A stretch of DNA of 64,000 nt from an uncultured Planctomycetota bacterium (GCA_963823665.1 CAWGMQ010000011.1:864001-928000); one strand, 5' to 3'. Positions 41,233 through 51,683 are shown, counted from the stretch's first letter. A program made the numbers and translations. The notes: generated by a model not told the origin, from the letters alone.

Positions 41233-41367
41233 GCGATCAACTTCGGGGAGTCCCGCCTCGGACGGCTGGTCGTCGTGGTATTCACTAATCATGGAAATTG
41301 GATTCGCATCATTAGCGCCCGACTCGCGACTCGCCTTGAGAGGCAAGACTATGAGCAGCAAAACTAA
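41233..41367 (+). pseudogene. BrnT-like toxin C-terminal remnant
   Basis: In frame after the hydrolase stop: *AINFGESRLGRLVVVVFTNHGNWIRIISARLATRLERQDYEQQN*. Confidence 0.78.
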
Positions 41368-41623
41368 GGGCGAAGCCGGAATCAAAGCGCAGGCAACGCA
41401 GGATGAGGAGATGCTCCCGGAGTACGACTTCAGTGAAGGTGTGCGGGGCAAGTATGCGAAGCGGATGGCCGAGGGGTCAAACCTGGTTGTCATTTCGCCC
41501 GATGTCGCCGAGTTTTTCCCTGACTCGGAATCCGAGAATGTCGCGCTGCGCTCGATCGTGGACATCGCGCGCAAAACGTCGCGAAAGCACTCTGCCGGAG
41601 TCGCGCGGCCAAAGCGGAAGTGA
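41351..41623 (+). CDS. BrnA-like antitoxin
   Basis: EMLPEYDFSEGVRGKYAKR...VVISPDVAEFFPDSESENVALR. Confidence 0.82.
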   Translation: MSSKTKGEAGIKAQATQDEEMLPEYDFSEGVRGKYAKRMAEGSNLVVISPDVAEFFPDSESENVALRSIVDIARKTSRKHSAGVARPKRK

Positions 41624-41668
41624 CGCTCGGTTCCCGATTCGATGAACGCGAGCGGTTCATCCTTTGCC

Positions 41669-41772
41669 GCCGAACGAGGCACTCGACAGCGCCCCAGGAA
41701 GCGCGACTGGCCGAATCGCGCGGTATGCTCATGGGAACCGTTCGTAGCGGCCGTGAGCATCTGGGGTTCCGA
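41669..41772 (+). mobile_element. Degenerate attC-like site
   Basis: GCCGAAC-GAGGCACTCGACAGCG ... GCGGCCGTGAGCATCTGGGGTTCCGA; the left end resembles the 23372 site. Confidence 0.45.
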
Positions 41773-42108
41773 ATTTGGCTGTTCTGCTGATCCTCGGTGT
41801 GATTGCTCTGCTCGGGCTCGCCAATGCGGCCGCGGTCCGGTTGCTTCGCGTTCGAAGGGCCGGCCGCGGTAGGTGGTGCGCGCTGGCCGTCGCTTGGCTT
41901 GCTGGCGCCGGTGTTGCGTGTGTGTTTTTGCTACGCCGGCACGTGGACGCAGAAGGCGTGTTTCGCAAAGAGAATGTCTGACGTGCTTGAGATTCGGCGC
42001 TGGATACGTTACCGATAGAAGGGAGGCATCGGCGCGTGCACCGAAGCCGGGATGGCTAGCGTTTGTGCTTGATGCTCATGGACCACAGTCATGCAAGTCG
42101 ATGGCAAA

Positions 42109-42657
42109 ATGAGAATGTGCGGGACGAGTGACACCGCCTTTCGTGGCGTGCTTTATGGCTTGATGGCCGGCGCCGTGAGCGGACCGGTCGTGGTGATCGC
42201 ATGGATGTTCTCGTTAGATTTCTTGTATCCTGATACGGCATTCATGGCGACCGGCTTGGAGATGCCCGGGTCACTGGTCGTCGGCGCGATCCTGGGCGCA
42301 ATGGAGGGGCCGCTCCTCGGGTTACTATGGGCGATCAGACCACGACGATTGACGCTCTGGTGGCTGATGGTCGCGGTGGCAATGTTCGCGACGATACTTG
42401 GGCTGTTCAAGTTCAACCCGGTACTCGGACTTTTCGCGATTACGGTCCCGTTGATGATGGCCGTGCTGATGAGGATCATGGCGCAGGATTCCGCCGACCG
42501 CGCAGACCGACGAAGGAATGCGAATAGGATTCGATCCCGAGCCCCCGCCCACCGCGCGAAACGGAACAGAATCCGAAGTCGATCCCCAATCCATCGCGTG
42601 GCTCTACGAACGACGGGCGCGTTGGCAGAAGCCTCCGCGAACGGGCCGCGGGCCTGA
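42109..42657 (+). CDS. Hypothetical membrane protein
   Basis: Several TM helices; RPRRLTLWWLMVAVA planctomycete motif; Arg-rich tail with a duplicated RIRSRxPxHR. Confidence 0.55.
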   Translation: MRMCGTSDTAFRGVLYGLMAGAVSGPVVVIAWMFSLDFLYPDTAFMATGLEMPGSLVVGAILGAMEGPLLGLLWAIRPRRLTLWWLMVAVAMFATILGLFKFNPVLGLFAITVPLMMAVLMRIMAQDSADRADRRRNANRIRSRAPAHRAKRNRIRSRSPIHRVALRTTGALAEASANGPRA

Positions 42658-42762
42658 AGCCTGGAACGGGAATCGTGAAAACTGACGGGGGTAAGGCTGC
42701 GCACTGCGAAGGGTCACTCGCATGGGGGCGGGCCGGTGGCTTGGCGAAGGTCGGACGGCGGA

Positions 42763-44046
42763 TCAGATACCAAACATAGATGGCAGCGATTCGAAGTTCG
42801 GAATCCCACCCTCCTCGATCACTTTGATCCATCGCGTGAGAGGTGCTCCGCCCCGGTTCCAGTGCGCCGCACATTCTCGAAAGTAATCCAGCACACACGC
42901 TTTCTCGCCGTGTTCGAGGAGTTCCTTGGCCAGCGCGGTATTCGGGCCACGCGGAGGAAAAAACACGAGAAGCTCGCCGTCCAGCATTGTCGCGGCCGAC
43001 CTTAGCCGGGCCCTGGCTTGCTCGACGTCCCCTTCGGCCAGCGCCACGCGGCCCAAGATCGTGTGGCCCTGATGGATCGCGGTCCCTTTCATCCCAGCGC
43101 AGGAGAGCTTCGGCACCTGAGCCAACATCCGCTCACCGTAGGCGCGCGCTTTGCCAAGTTCGCCGGCGTCAAATGCGGCTTCCGCCAGGGCTGGAAGCAC
43201 GAACGCGGCCCAATTTGAGTCGGGCGACAGCGCCAGAACGCGCTCGTATTCAGCCAAACACATCGCGCCCCAATCCGGCGCATCTTGACGCGGCCGACGT
43301 CTCCTTCGCCTGGCAAAACAACGTCCAAGGCGCCACGACCACTCCGGATTCTCCGGCTCGATCACTTTGCAGAGACCGAAGAGTTCCTCGGATTTAAGTT
43401 CGTCGTGCAAACTGAAAAACTTTGCGGCGTTGCCGATGAGGCGTGAATCGCGAGGATTTGCTTCGACTTTTGCAAGCCACAAGCGTTTCGCCTGATCCAA
43501 GAAATCATGGCCCCAGCACGAAGCCACGAGAGGCGTACCGGCGACTCGAGCTCTTGGCATGACGTCGATCACCGACAGGACAAGCCGCTGCCAGGAGGTC
43601 TGAACCGCTTCGGAACGAGAGTGAGCGGAGAAGTAGACCCAGAGGACTAGCATCAGCGTCGCGAAGTCGGACGGGTCTTCGCGAATCCTGGCCTCGTGAC
43701 GTGGCAAGTCATCGACACTGAGAGATTTCGATAGCCGGAATAGGGCCTGTTCGGCTAACTCGTTGACTTTCGGCAAGGGGTCGTCGAGTGCCTTACGAAG
43801 CAGGCGTAGCGCATCATCGACGGCGGGGGGATGGTCCACCAAGTTGGTGGCCGTGGCCACGCGAGTTTGATCAACGCCGTCTTCCAGGTCGGCCAGCATT
43901 CGGGGGATATCCCACCACCGGCCCTCAAAAGGCTCTTTGGAGGCCTGCTGTGCCGGCTGGCCCTCGAGTAAAGCGAGTTTGCACCACGGGCACTCGCCGA
44001 AACGAATTTGCCGGTGGGTTGTTTCGCAGGCTGAATGAGTGCTCAT
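42763..44046 (-). CDS. Hypothetical HEAT/TPR-like helical protein
   Basis: 427-aa ORF; LAEAAFDAGELGKARAY...AIHQGHTILGRVAL...PNTALAKELLEHGEK. Confidence 0.75.
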   Translation of the reverse strand: MSTHSACETTHRQIRFGECPWCKLALLEGQPAQQASKEPFEGRWWDIPRMLADLEDGVDQTRVATATNLVDHPPAVDDALRLLRKALDDPLPKVNELAEQALFRLSKSLSVDDLPRHEARIREDPSDFATLMLVLWVYFSAHSRSEAVQTSWQRLVLSVIDVMPRARVAGTPLVASCWGHDFLDQAKRLWLAKVEANPRDSRLIGNAAKFFSLHDELKSEELFGLCKVIEPENPEWSWRLGRCFARRRRRRPRQDAPDWGAMCLAEYERVLALSPDSNWAAFVLPALAEAAFDAGELGKARAYGERMLAQVPKLSCAGMKGTAIHQGHTILGRVALAEGDVEQARARLRSAATMLDGELLVFFPPRGPNTALAKELLEHGEKACVLDYFRECAAHWNRGGAPLTRWIKVIEEGGIPNFESLPSMFGI

Positions 44047-44112
44047 GCCGTCGCCCCGTTGAGAGTCGCCGCTCGCTTGGCGAAGGGACGTTCCGTTCCG
44101 CCGTTCTCCACA

Positions 44113-44688
44113 TCAACCGTGCCTGTTCCTCCCGATTTCACAGAGCATATCCGAATGAATGTTCAGCCCGATATTCGTCATGTTGTAAAGATGTTCGCTC
44201 GCAACCAGCCAGACGATCTCGCAGATCTCGCGCTCCGAGAAATGACTCGCCAGCCGTGCGAACGTGTCGGGGGAGACCTTTTTCTCCTTGGTGAGCTCGG
44301 TGGCGTAGTCGAGCGCCGCACGCTCGGCGGCGGTGAAAAGGGGGCTCGTGCGGTATTCCTCGAGCGCGTCGAACTTGGCCTGGTTCATCGACGCCTTGAT
44401 CGTAAACAAACGTCCAATGTCGATGCAGAAGAGGCAGACGTTGATCCTCGCGACCTGCTCGCGCAGGAGCAGCACGGTCTCAGCGGGCAGCACCAGTTTC
44501 TGGTCCAGTTTGGCGATCTTCGAATAGAAGAGGCCAAACGCGATCGGCAGCCGCGCGGCGTGTACCTTGAGCGGCGTGAGCACCTTGCCAAATTGCCGGC
44601 GAGTCATGGAGTACGCCAGCTTCATCATCAGACCGTGCGGTTTCTCGATGGGTGGAAGCAGCGGATCGGCTTGCAGGGAAACTGTCAT
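44113..44688 (-). CDS. Carboxymuconolactone decarboxylase/AhpD-like protein
   Basis: VARINVCLFCIDIG (CxxC), FTAAERAALDYATELT and HFSEREI. Confidence 0.88.
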   Translation of the reverse strand: MTVSLQADPLLPPIEKPHGLMMKLAYSMTRRQFGKVLTPLKVHAARLPIAFGLFYSKIAKLDQKLVLPAETVLLLREQVARINVCLFCIDIGRLFTIKASMNQAKFDALEEYRTSPLFTAAERAALDYATELTKEKKVSPDTFARLASHFSEREICEIVWLVASEHLYNMTNIGLNIHSDMLCEIGRNRHG

Positions 44689-44972
44689 GGTTGTTGACCT
44701 CTTTCGATACGCGTGCCTCGCTCGGTGGCGGGACTGAACGTGCCCTCACTCCTCGCGGACGGGATCTTTTAATCATTCTACCGATGAGTCCGTGTCGTCT
44801 GAACCGGATCCAACCGTGACGGCGCTCGCCACGATAGCTATCGATTGTTGCGTACAGGAGACCGGCGGCCGCCCCGAACGTGGCATGTTCGCGAATTCCC
44901 GGCGCCAACGGGCGAATATCCCCCGACGCGTTCGGCGCAGACCCGCATGCATCCTACGTTCCGATTGCGACG

Positions 44973-45016
44973 CTTCACGATTTCTTCACAATCTCAACAC
45001 GGCGCCAACATCGAGT
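44973..45016 (+). promoter_or_regulatory. Pho-box-like 11-bp direct repeats
   Basis: CTTCAC, CTTCAC, CAACAC and CAACAT at 44973, 44984, 44995 and 45006. Confidence 0.6.
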
Positions 45017-45096
45017 TGGTTATGATGGCTCAAACGCGAGAAGGGGGACGGAAGCAGCGGATAGAACATGCCCCACAGGGAGTGAGTGATCTCATC

Positions 45097-45804
45097 ATGG
45101 CCAAGCAGAAGATCCTGGTGATCGAGGACGAGCGGTCCCTGGTTGAAGTGCTGACCTGCAATCTCGAGCGAGAAGGCTTCGAGGTGATCGTCAGTTTTGA
45201 CGGCCCGGAGGGCCTGCGGCAGGCGCAGTTAAAGCTGCCGGACCTGGTTGTGCTGGACCTGATGCTGCCGCAGAAGAGCGGTCTCGATGTCTGCCGCGAG
45301 CTCAAGCAGGGGCAGCGCACACGCGACATCCCGATCATCATGGTCACGGCCAAGGCCGAAGAGTCAGACCAGCTCGTTGGCTTCGCCACCGGCGCTGACG
45401 ACTACGTCACCAAGCCGTACAGCGTGAAGATCCTGATCGAACGGATCAAGAAAGAGCTGCGCCGCCGCCAACTAAAGGACGAGCCGGTTGCGGGTGCATT
45501 GATCGAAAGCCAAGGTATCGTCATCGACCGCCACAGCCATCGTGCTTTCTATCGCGACGACGAGCTCACGCTCACGCCGACCGAATTCCGCCTGCTCGAG
45601 GTGATGCTTCGTCAGGTCGGCCGCGCGTTCACGCGTTTTGAGCTGATGGACGCGGCCATCGGTGAGGATGCCGTCGTTCTCGAGCGCACGATCGATGTGC
45701 ACATCAAGAGCCTCAGGAAGAAGCTCGGTGATGCGGGCGACCTCATCGAAACCGTCCGCGGCGTCGGATATCGGCTTCACGAGCCTCGGATGGTGAGTAT
45801 CTGA
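45097..45804 (+). CDS. phoB: OmpR/PhoB family response regulator (PhoB-like)
   Basis: ILVIEDE, LDLMLP, IPIIMVTAK, GADDYVTKPY, LTPTEFRLL, RTIDVHIKSLRKKL and TVRGVGY. Confidence 0.8.
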   Translation: MAKQKILVIEDERSLVEVLTCNLEREGFEVIVSFDGPEGLRQAQLKLPDLVVLDLMLPQKSGLDVCRELKQGQRTRDIPIIMVTAKAEESDQLVGFATGADDYVTKPYSVKILIERIKKELRRRQLKDEPVAGALIESQGIVIDRHSHRAFYRDDELTLTPTEFRLLEVMLRQVGRAFTRFELMDAAIGEDAVVLERTIDVHIKSLRKKLGDAGDLIETVRGVGYRLHEPRMVSI

Positions 45805-46024
45805 CGGGCGCTGCGTGACGCGGGCGGGGGCTCGCCAGGGCAGGCCTGGCGGGTTCCAGCTTCGGTCGCGGTTGATCGGCAAGGAGCTCGGCTCGTACCA
45901 CGGCCACTTCTCGGGGCGCGTCGATCCCAAGCCGCACCTGGCCGCCTTCCAACCGTACCACCGTCACGCAGATGTCGTCGCCGATATAGAGCTTTTCCAG
46001 GAGCTTTCGGGTCAGGACGAGCAT
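45743..46024 (-). CDS. csrA: Carbon storage regulator CsrA family
   Basis: MLVLTRKLLEKLYIGDDICVTVVRLEGGQVRLGIDAPREVAVVRAEL; 3' end uncertain (overlaps the regulator gene). Confidence 0.85.
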   Translation of the reverse strand: MLVLTRKLLEKLYIGDDICVTVVRLEGGQVRLGIDAPREVAVVRAELLADQPRPKLEPARPALASPRPRHAAPVRYSPSEAREADIRRRGRFR

Positions 46025-46223
46025 GTGGTGCATCCTCATGGTGATTATCATTTTGGGGAGCATATCAGGAGTCTAGATCACGTCCGCGAATCATGGGCCG
46101 ATTTCCTTACCCAGTGAGGAAAATCATGCGGGTCTCTTCCGGTGACCGCTGGACTCATCGCGGTAAAATGGGACGATAGCCACCCTCGGGCAGAGGGGCT
46201 TTGTTCTCGTTTGCGAGGATGCG

Positions 46224-47270
46224 ATGTCAACGAGTCATCAAGAAGTGATCGTGATCGGGTCGGGTTCGGCGGGTTTGACCGCTGCGCTTTACGCCGCGCG
46301 CGCCAATCTGGCGCCGGTGGTGTTCGAAGGCAAGGAACCCGGCGGCCAGTTGACGCTGACGACGGCGGTCGACAACTTTCCCGGCTTCCCCGAAGGGATC
46401 ATGGGCCCTGAATTGATGGACCTCATGCGCAAGCAGGCCCAGCGGTTCGGCGCTGTAACCAAGTGGGAAACCGTCTTCGAGGTGGACCTTTCGAAGCGCC
46501 CGTTCCGAGTGCGAACCACCGACGACCCCAGCGGGGACGGGTCGAGCGGCACCATCAGCGACTACACAAGCTCGGCCGTCATCGTGGCCACTGGCGCCTC
46601 GGCGCGATGGCTCGGCAATGAAGGCCCGTTCCGCGGCAACGGGGTCAGCACCTGCGCTACCTGCGACGGGCACTTCTATCGCGGAAAGGAAATCGCCGTC
46701 GTCGGCGGGGGTGATTCGGCCGTCGAAGAGGCGACTTTCCTCACAAAATTCGCCACCAAGGTCACGCTCATTCACCGGCGCGACACGCTCCGCGCTTCCA
46801 AGATCATGCAGGACCGGGTGGCCAAGAACGCCAAGGTGGCTTATGCCTGGAACTCGGTCGTCGACGAGTTGATCGGCAACCAGCGGGACGGCCACCAGGT
46901 TCTCAGCGGCGTCAAACTGCGATCGACCAAAGACGATTCCGTGCGCGACCTCAAGCTCGACGGCCTGTTTCTCGCGATCGGTCATGTTCCCAACACCGAG
47001 ATCTTCAAAGGCCAGCTTGCCGCGACGCCCGAAGGCTACCTTCTCACCCGCACCGCACTCGCATGGCAAGGCGTCGAGGCACCGCAAGGACTCCTCGATC
47101 GCCTTCCAAATTACGGTACAGCCACAAATATCGAGGGCGTCTTCGCATGCGGCGACGTGGTCGATACGCACTACCGTCAGGCGATCACCGCCGCCGGCTC
47201 CGGCTGCGCCGCCGCCATGGACTGCGAAAAATGGCTCGAGGCGACCGGCTCCGCCGAGCCGACACATTAG
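46224..47270 (+). CDS. trxB: Thioredoxin reductase
   Basis: GSGSAG, CATCDG, GGGDSAVEE and GDVVDTHYRQAITAAGSG. Confidence 0.96.
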   Translation: MSTSHQEVIVIGSGSAGLTAALYAARANLAPVVFEGKEPGGQLTLTTAVDNFPGFPEGIMGPELMDLMRKQAQRFGAVTKWETVFEVDLSKRPFRVRTTDDPSGDGSSGTISDYTSSAVIVATGASARWLGNEGPFRGNGVSTCATCDGHFYRGKEIAVVGGGDSAVEEATFLTKFATKVTLIHRRDTLRASKIMQDRVAKNAKVAYAWNSVVDELIGNQRDGHQVLSGVKLRSTKDDSVRDLKLDGLFLAIGHVPNTEIFKGQLAATPEGYLLTRTALAWQGVEAPQGLLDRLPNYGTATNIEGVFACGDVVDTHYRQAITAAGSGCAAAMDCEKWLEATGSAEPTH

Positions 47271-47499
47271 CCTCCCGCTTCTCTCATTTTGACCTGGAAA
47301 TTGCCGTGCAGCCATTATATCATTCACGCAATCAACGATAGGTGATCACGAAGTCGTGGAACGACTTGGGCGACACCCCCTGAACTTTTGCGCGATCCAC
47401 GGTACAATTCTGGTGCCGGGGTCATGCGGTGGCGCGCCCTAATTGTGGCGCGTTGCGCACGGGTGCGTGAACGATCGGCTGGGAGAAGAGTAAGAAGGC

Positions 47500-49524
47500 A
47501 TGGAGAATCGACCGCCGCAACAAGAACCCCCGCGCCGGCCCCCGACGAACAACGTACGCAAGACCGACGGCTCGGGTGGGTCGCCGACTCCGCCGTGGCT
47601 GTGGCTGCTTCTCCTGGGCGGATTCGGCCTGATCTTCTATCAGTTCGTCCCGAAGGCGGAGACGTCGGTCGGCTACTATCCGTGGTTCTACGAGCAGGTC
47701 CAGAACGACAATATCAGGTCGATCCTGCCGCAGGGCACTGAGATCCGTGGCGAGCTGCGGAAGGAGCAGGACTACCAAAGCGCGCCCAATCAACAGCCGC
47801 AGAAGGTCAAACGGTTCTTTACCATTGCGCCCTCGGAGGCGTCGACCGAAACGATTCTTCAGACGCTCATTCAGCGCGACAAGAACCGGACGCCGGAGGA
47901 AAAGAAAGCCGGCGAGGGCGTGCGCATCGATCCTCAGCCGACGACATCGGCGACCGGTCTGTTGTGGATGATCGTCCTCTTCCCGGCGATCCTCCTCCTG
48001 GTTTTCCTTTACCTGTTTGTCAGGCGGGCTCGTGATCAGTTCGACGGTGGAATCCTCGGAAGCTTCGTCAAGAGCCCGGCGAAGCGGCATGACAAGTCGA
48101 AGCAGCGTACGACCTTCGACGAAGTGGCGGGCCTCGAGAACGCGAAGTCAGAGCTTCAGGAGATTGTCGAGTTCCTCAAGAGCCCCGAGAAATTCCAGCG
48201 GCTCGGCGGGCGCATACCCAAGGGCGTGCTGCTGAATGGTCCGCCGGGCACGGGCAAGACGCTCCTGGCCCGCGCCGTCGCCGGCGAGGCCGGAGTGCCG
48301 TTTTTCTCGATATCAGGCTCCGAGTTCATCCAGATGTTCGTCGGCGTCGGCGCCAGCCGGGTGCGCGACATGTTCAAAACGGCGAAGGAGAACAGCCCGT
48401 GCATCCTGTTCATCGACGAGATCGATGCCGTGGGGCGGATCCGCGGCGCTGGGCTCGGCGGCGGCCACGACGAACGCGAGCAGACGCTCAACCAGATCCT
48501 CACCGAGATGGACGGATTCTCTCCGAGTGAAAGTGTGATCGTGCTTGCCGCGACCAACCGTCCGGACGTTCTCGACCCTGCGCTATTGCGCCCCGGCCGG
48601 TTTGACCGGCACGTCACGGTCGACTTACCGACCAAGAAGGGGCGGCTGGAAATCCTCAAGGTGCATACCCGCAACACGCCATTGGCCGCCGACGTCGAGC
48701 TCGAATCGATCGCTCGCGGCACCGTCGGAATGAGCGGTGCCGACCTGGCGAACCTGGTGAACGAGGCCGCCCTTCTGGCCACGCGCGAAGACAAGGAAGC
48801 AATCGATTCACTCGACTTCGAAGCGGCCCGCGACAAGATCTTGATGGGAGCCAAGCGCGAAGATGTGATCACCGAGGCAGACAAGCGTGCGACCGCCTAC
48901 CACGAATCGGGCCACGCGCTGGTGGGCTGGCTCACGCCCAAGTCTGACCCGGTGCACAAGGTCACCATCATCCCCCGGGGCCGTGCCCTGGGATTGACCC
49001 AGTATCTCCCCGAAGAAGACCGCACCAGCTACAACGAGAGCCAGATCCAGGCCCGGCTTGACTCCTTGATGGGTGGCCGCGCAGCCGAGAAACTGATTTA
49101 CGAAGATCTGAGCACCGGCGCCGCGATGGATCTGGAAATGGCCACCCGGCTGGTGCGCAAGATGGTCACACAGTGGGGAATGAGCGACCGGGTTGGGCCG
49201 GTGTCGTTTCGGTCTGCCGCCGAGAACCCGTTCCTCGGCCGTGAGTTCACCGAGCCGCGCGACCATTCCGAGCACATGCAGCAGATCATCGACGAAGAAG
49301 TGGGACGGATATTGCGCCAGGCCGATGAGCGTGCGTTCCGTCTGCTGGAAGAACATCGCAACGAGCTCGAGCGCATCACCGAGGCCCTGGTCGAGCGCGA
49401 GGTCTTGACCGCCGCCGAAATCGAAGAGCTCGTCGGCAAGCGCATCACCGGCCTGAACAACGGCCCGCAGACCCCCAGGATTCGCGACACCGAGGTCGTC
49501 GCCTCGATCGACAACCCGTCATGA
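47500..49524 (+). CDS. ftsH: ATP-dependent zinc metalloprotease FtsH
   Basis: Two TM helices, [21 protein letters not shown] and HESGH. Confidence 0.97.
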   Translation: MENRPPQQEPPRRPPTNNVRKTDGSGGSPTPPWLWLLLLGGFGLIFYQFVPKAETSVGYYPWFYEQVQNDNIRSILPQGTEIRGELRKEQDYQSAPNQQPQKVKRFFTIAPSEASTETILQTLIQRDKNRTPEEKKAGEGVRIDPQPTTSATGLLWMIVLFPAILLLVFLYLFVRRARDQFDGGILGSFVKSPAKRHDKSKQRTTFDEVAGLENAKSELQEIVEFLKSPEKFQRLGGRIPKGVLLNGPPGTGKTLLARAVAGEAGVPFFSISGSEFIQMFVGVGASRVRDMFKTAKENSPCILFIDEIDAVGRIRGAGLGGGHDEREQTLNQILTEMDGFSPSESVIVLAATNRPDVLDPALLRPGRFDRHVTVDLPTKKGRLEILKVHTRNTPLAADVELESIARGTVGMSGADLANLVNEAALLATREDKEAIDSLDFEAARDKILMGAKREDVITEADKRATAYHESGHALVGWLTPKSDPVHKVTIIPRGRALGLTQYLPEEDRTSYNESQIQARLDSLMGGRAAEKLIYEDLSTGAAMDLEMATRLVRKMVTQWGMSDRVGPVSFRSAAENPFLGREFTEPRDHSEHMQQIIDEEVGRILRQADERAFRLLEEHRNELERITEALVEREVLTAAEIEELVGKRITGLNNGPQTPRIRDTEVVASIDNPS

Positions 49525-49535
49525 CGTGACACGCT

Positions 49536-50519
49536 ATGACATCGCAACCCTCCCAAAAACCGCACCTCGCGCCGGTTGTCTGTGCTGGCCTGGTCGTAGC
49601 CGACCATCTCTGTCCGCCCATCTCCCACTTACCGCGGGCCGGCGAGCTGGTCACCGTCGATGAGCTGGTGCTCAACATCGGCGGCGGCGCCGCCAATACC
49701 GCCGTGGACCTGGCGCGGCTCGGCGTGCGCGCGGCCGTGCGTGCCCGTGTGGGCGACGACATCTTCGGCCGGTTCGCCACGGAAACACTTGAAGCGAACA
49801 ACGTTGATACCAGCGCGCTTTTGATCGACCGCGAACTGCCGACGAGCCAGACCTTGGTGGTGAACGTACGCGGCGAAGACCGGCGGTTCATCCACTGCGT
49901 TGGTGCCAATAGCGGCTTCGTCGCCGCCGATCTGGACGATGTCCTCAAAGCCCCGCCGCGGGTGCTGCACATCGGTTACTTTCTGATTCTCCCGCACCTG
50001 GAAGCCGCCCAACTGGCCGAGCGTTTTGCGCGGGCGCGCCTTTCAGGAACGATCACGCTGCTCGACGTGGCGACGCCGGGCCCTGGAAACTATCTCCAGC
50101 CGCTCAAGACCGTTCTGCCGCACACTGACATTTTCGTTCCCAACACCGATGAAGCCGAGCTGATCCTGGGAGAGAGCGACCCCGTTCGTCAGGCCCTGGC
50201 GTTTCACGAGATGGGCGCGCGCCGAGTGGTCATCACGCGGGGCGAGTATGGGGTGATTTCGGTTTCCGATGAGCTTCGCGTCAAGCTCGGCACCTATCCG
50301 ATCGCGTTCGTCGACGGTTCCGGCGGCGGCGACGCCTTCAACGCGGGCTACATCGTAGGCCTGATCGAAGGCCGGCCCGAGCTCGAATGCCTGAAGCTGG
50401 CCAGTGCAGTCGGGGCAAGCTGCGTGCGCGCCGTGGGCACGACGGCGGGGGTGTTCACGCGTGATGAGGCGGAAACGTTCGTGAGCAGGCATCAACTCGC
50501 TGTCGAAGCCATCGGCTGA
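49536..50519 (+). CDS. PfkB family carbohydrate kinase
   Basis: GGGAANTA, VGDDIFG, PNTDEA and DGSGGGDAFNAG. Confidence 0.93.
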   Translation: MTSQPSQKPHLAPVVCAGLVVADHLCPPISHLPRAGELVTVDELVLNIGGGAANTAVDLARLGVRAAVRARVGDDIFGRFATETLEANNVDTSALLIDRELPTSQTLVVNVRGEDRRFIHCVGANSGFVAADLDDVLKAPPRVLHIGYFLILPHLEAAQLAERFARARLSGTITLLDVATPGPGNYLQPLKTVLPHTDIFVPNTDEAELILGESDPVRQALAFHEMGARRVVITRGEYGVISVSDELRVKLGTYPIAFVDGSGGGDAFNAGYIVGLIEGRPELECLKLASAVGASCVRAVGTTAGVFTRDEAETFVSRHQLAVEAIG

Positions 50520-50648
50520 GCCAAGGCTCAGATGTAGGACAGCCGCCCTCGGCTATCGGGGCGTCGGCGCCGGCAACAAGAGGTCCTTCAGAAGCCCGCG
50601 TGATGAAACTCGATGGGGATCACGGCGGCGTAAACACGGTCGTGAGAC

Positions 50649-50757
50649 CGTGGTTCGGACGGGGAACCTCCAACCTCGCACGTCAGTGCGACGGCCGTGG
50701 AGGATCGGATCGGGCTCACGCCCGAGGCTGGAGGACTTGCGTCCCGTCCGAACCACG
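50649..50757. repeat. REP/MITE-like long hairpin
   Basis: 15-bp perfect inverted repeat CGTGGTTCGGACGGG / CCCGTCCGAACCACG plus an inner CCTCCAACCTCG / CGAGGCTGGAGG stem. Confidence 0.75.
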
Positions 50758-50815
50758 CACTTTCGTGCGTGGTCACCTGTTTCGCGCATGCCGCGCGTTC
50801 CTGTGCAACACCAAA

Positions 50816-50890
50816 ACGCGCCAGCGAGGAGCGTGGCCCCACATTTGCAGTGTCGACCGCCCGCGTCCCTCGCTGGCGCGTCGGGTTAGT
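50816..50890. repeat. Planctomycete REP-like hairpin
   Basis: 14-bp inverted repeat ACGCGCCAGCGAGG / CCTCGCTGGCGCGT followed by CGGGTTAGT. Confidence 0.75.
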
Positions 50891-50964
50891 ATGTGCCGAT
50901 TTGTTCAACTTATTCTTCACCGGCTGCTTGAGTACGTTCGTCCCTGTCTGCCGTCGGCGTGCGC

Positions 50965-51387
50965 CTAAATATCAAGAATTACCTCCGCGACCCATCCCTG
51001 TGATTCCTTGCGCAAGCTCAATCCGTGCCGCGTCGCCGCCTTGACCTCGTGGTCGAGGATATGGCGCGTACGGTCGATCGGCTCGCCGCCGATGGACGCG
51101 GTCAAACGGCATGCCGGCTCGTCGACTTCGACGGAAAACGCGGAATACAACCGATGGCGGGTCTCGCACCGATAGATCAGCTCGTTCAGCCATTCGAGCA
51201 GTAGGTCTTCGAGTGACTCGCCCGCAAGCGGGACCTGCTCTGTCTCGATGGCGCGGACCTCGTCTCGATTGGAAACGATCACGTCAAACAGTCCGGCCGC
51301 TGCAGTCCGGAACAGGTCGGCCAGATCATCGGCAACGACTCGAAGCCCCAGGTCGGCGGTGTGGTCGAAGGTCTCGAATCGGCCCAT
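50965..51387 (-). CDS. Archease
   Basis: FDHTADLGL, LLLEWLNELIY, EVKAATRHGL and EVILDI. Confidence 0.93.
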   Translation of the reverse strand: MGRFETFDHTADLGLRVVADDLADLFRTAAAGLFDVIVSNRDEVRAIETEQVPLAGESLEDLLLEWLNELIYRCETRHRLYSAFSVEVDEPACRLTASIGGEPIDRTRHILDHEVKAATRHGLSLRKESQGWVAEVILDI

Positions 51388-51482
51388 GAATCAGCCTTGC
51401 GGAGACAGGGGTGGCTTGCGATCGGGCCGGCGCGGCGCGTGGAGCGCGGGCGTCGGCTACGAAGCGCGTCTCGGTGCATCCG

Positions 51483-51683
51483 TTAAGCGGTTTGCTTGCG
51501 GGCAAGGAGCGCCCGGACTTCCGGAACGAGTTCCGCCGGGATGGCCATCAGCGTGATATCGTCGGCCTCACGCGACGCCTCGATGTCGGCAAACTCCTCA
51601 TCCTCGGTTTGGTTTTGGTACTTGGTGATCAACTCCTGCACGCGCTTCTCATTCCAGCCAGGCGGGAATTTCTGGTCTTTCAC
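51483..51683 (-). CDS. Small putative antitoxin
   Basis: GTG-KDQKFPPGWNEKRVQELITKYQNQTEDEE...LMAIPAELVPEVRALLA; GTGA-coupled to a basic toxin-like tail KAKKAFRRRQSRKPK*. Confidence 0.7.
   Translation of the reverse strand: MKDQKFPPGWNEKRVQELITKYQNQTEDEEFADIEASREADDITLMAIPAELVPEVRALLARKQTA

Noticed and set aside
50588..50920. 110-aa ORF containing TNPTRQRG
   Set aside because: It is a translation of the REP-like palindromes, not a protein gene.
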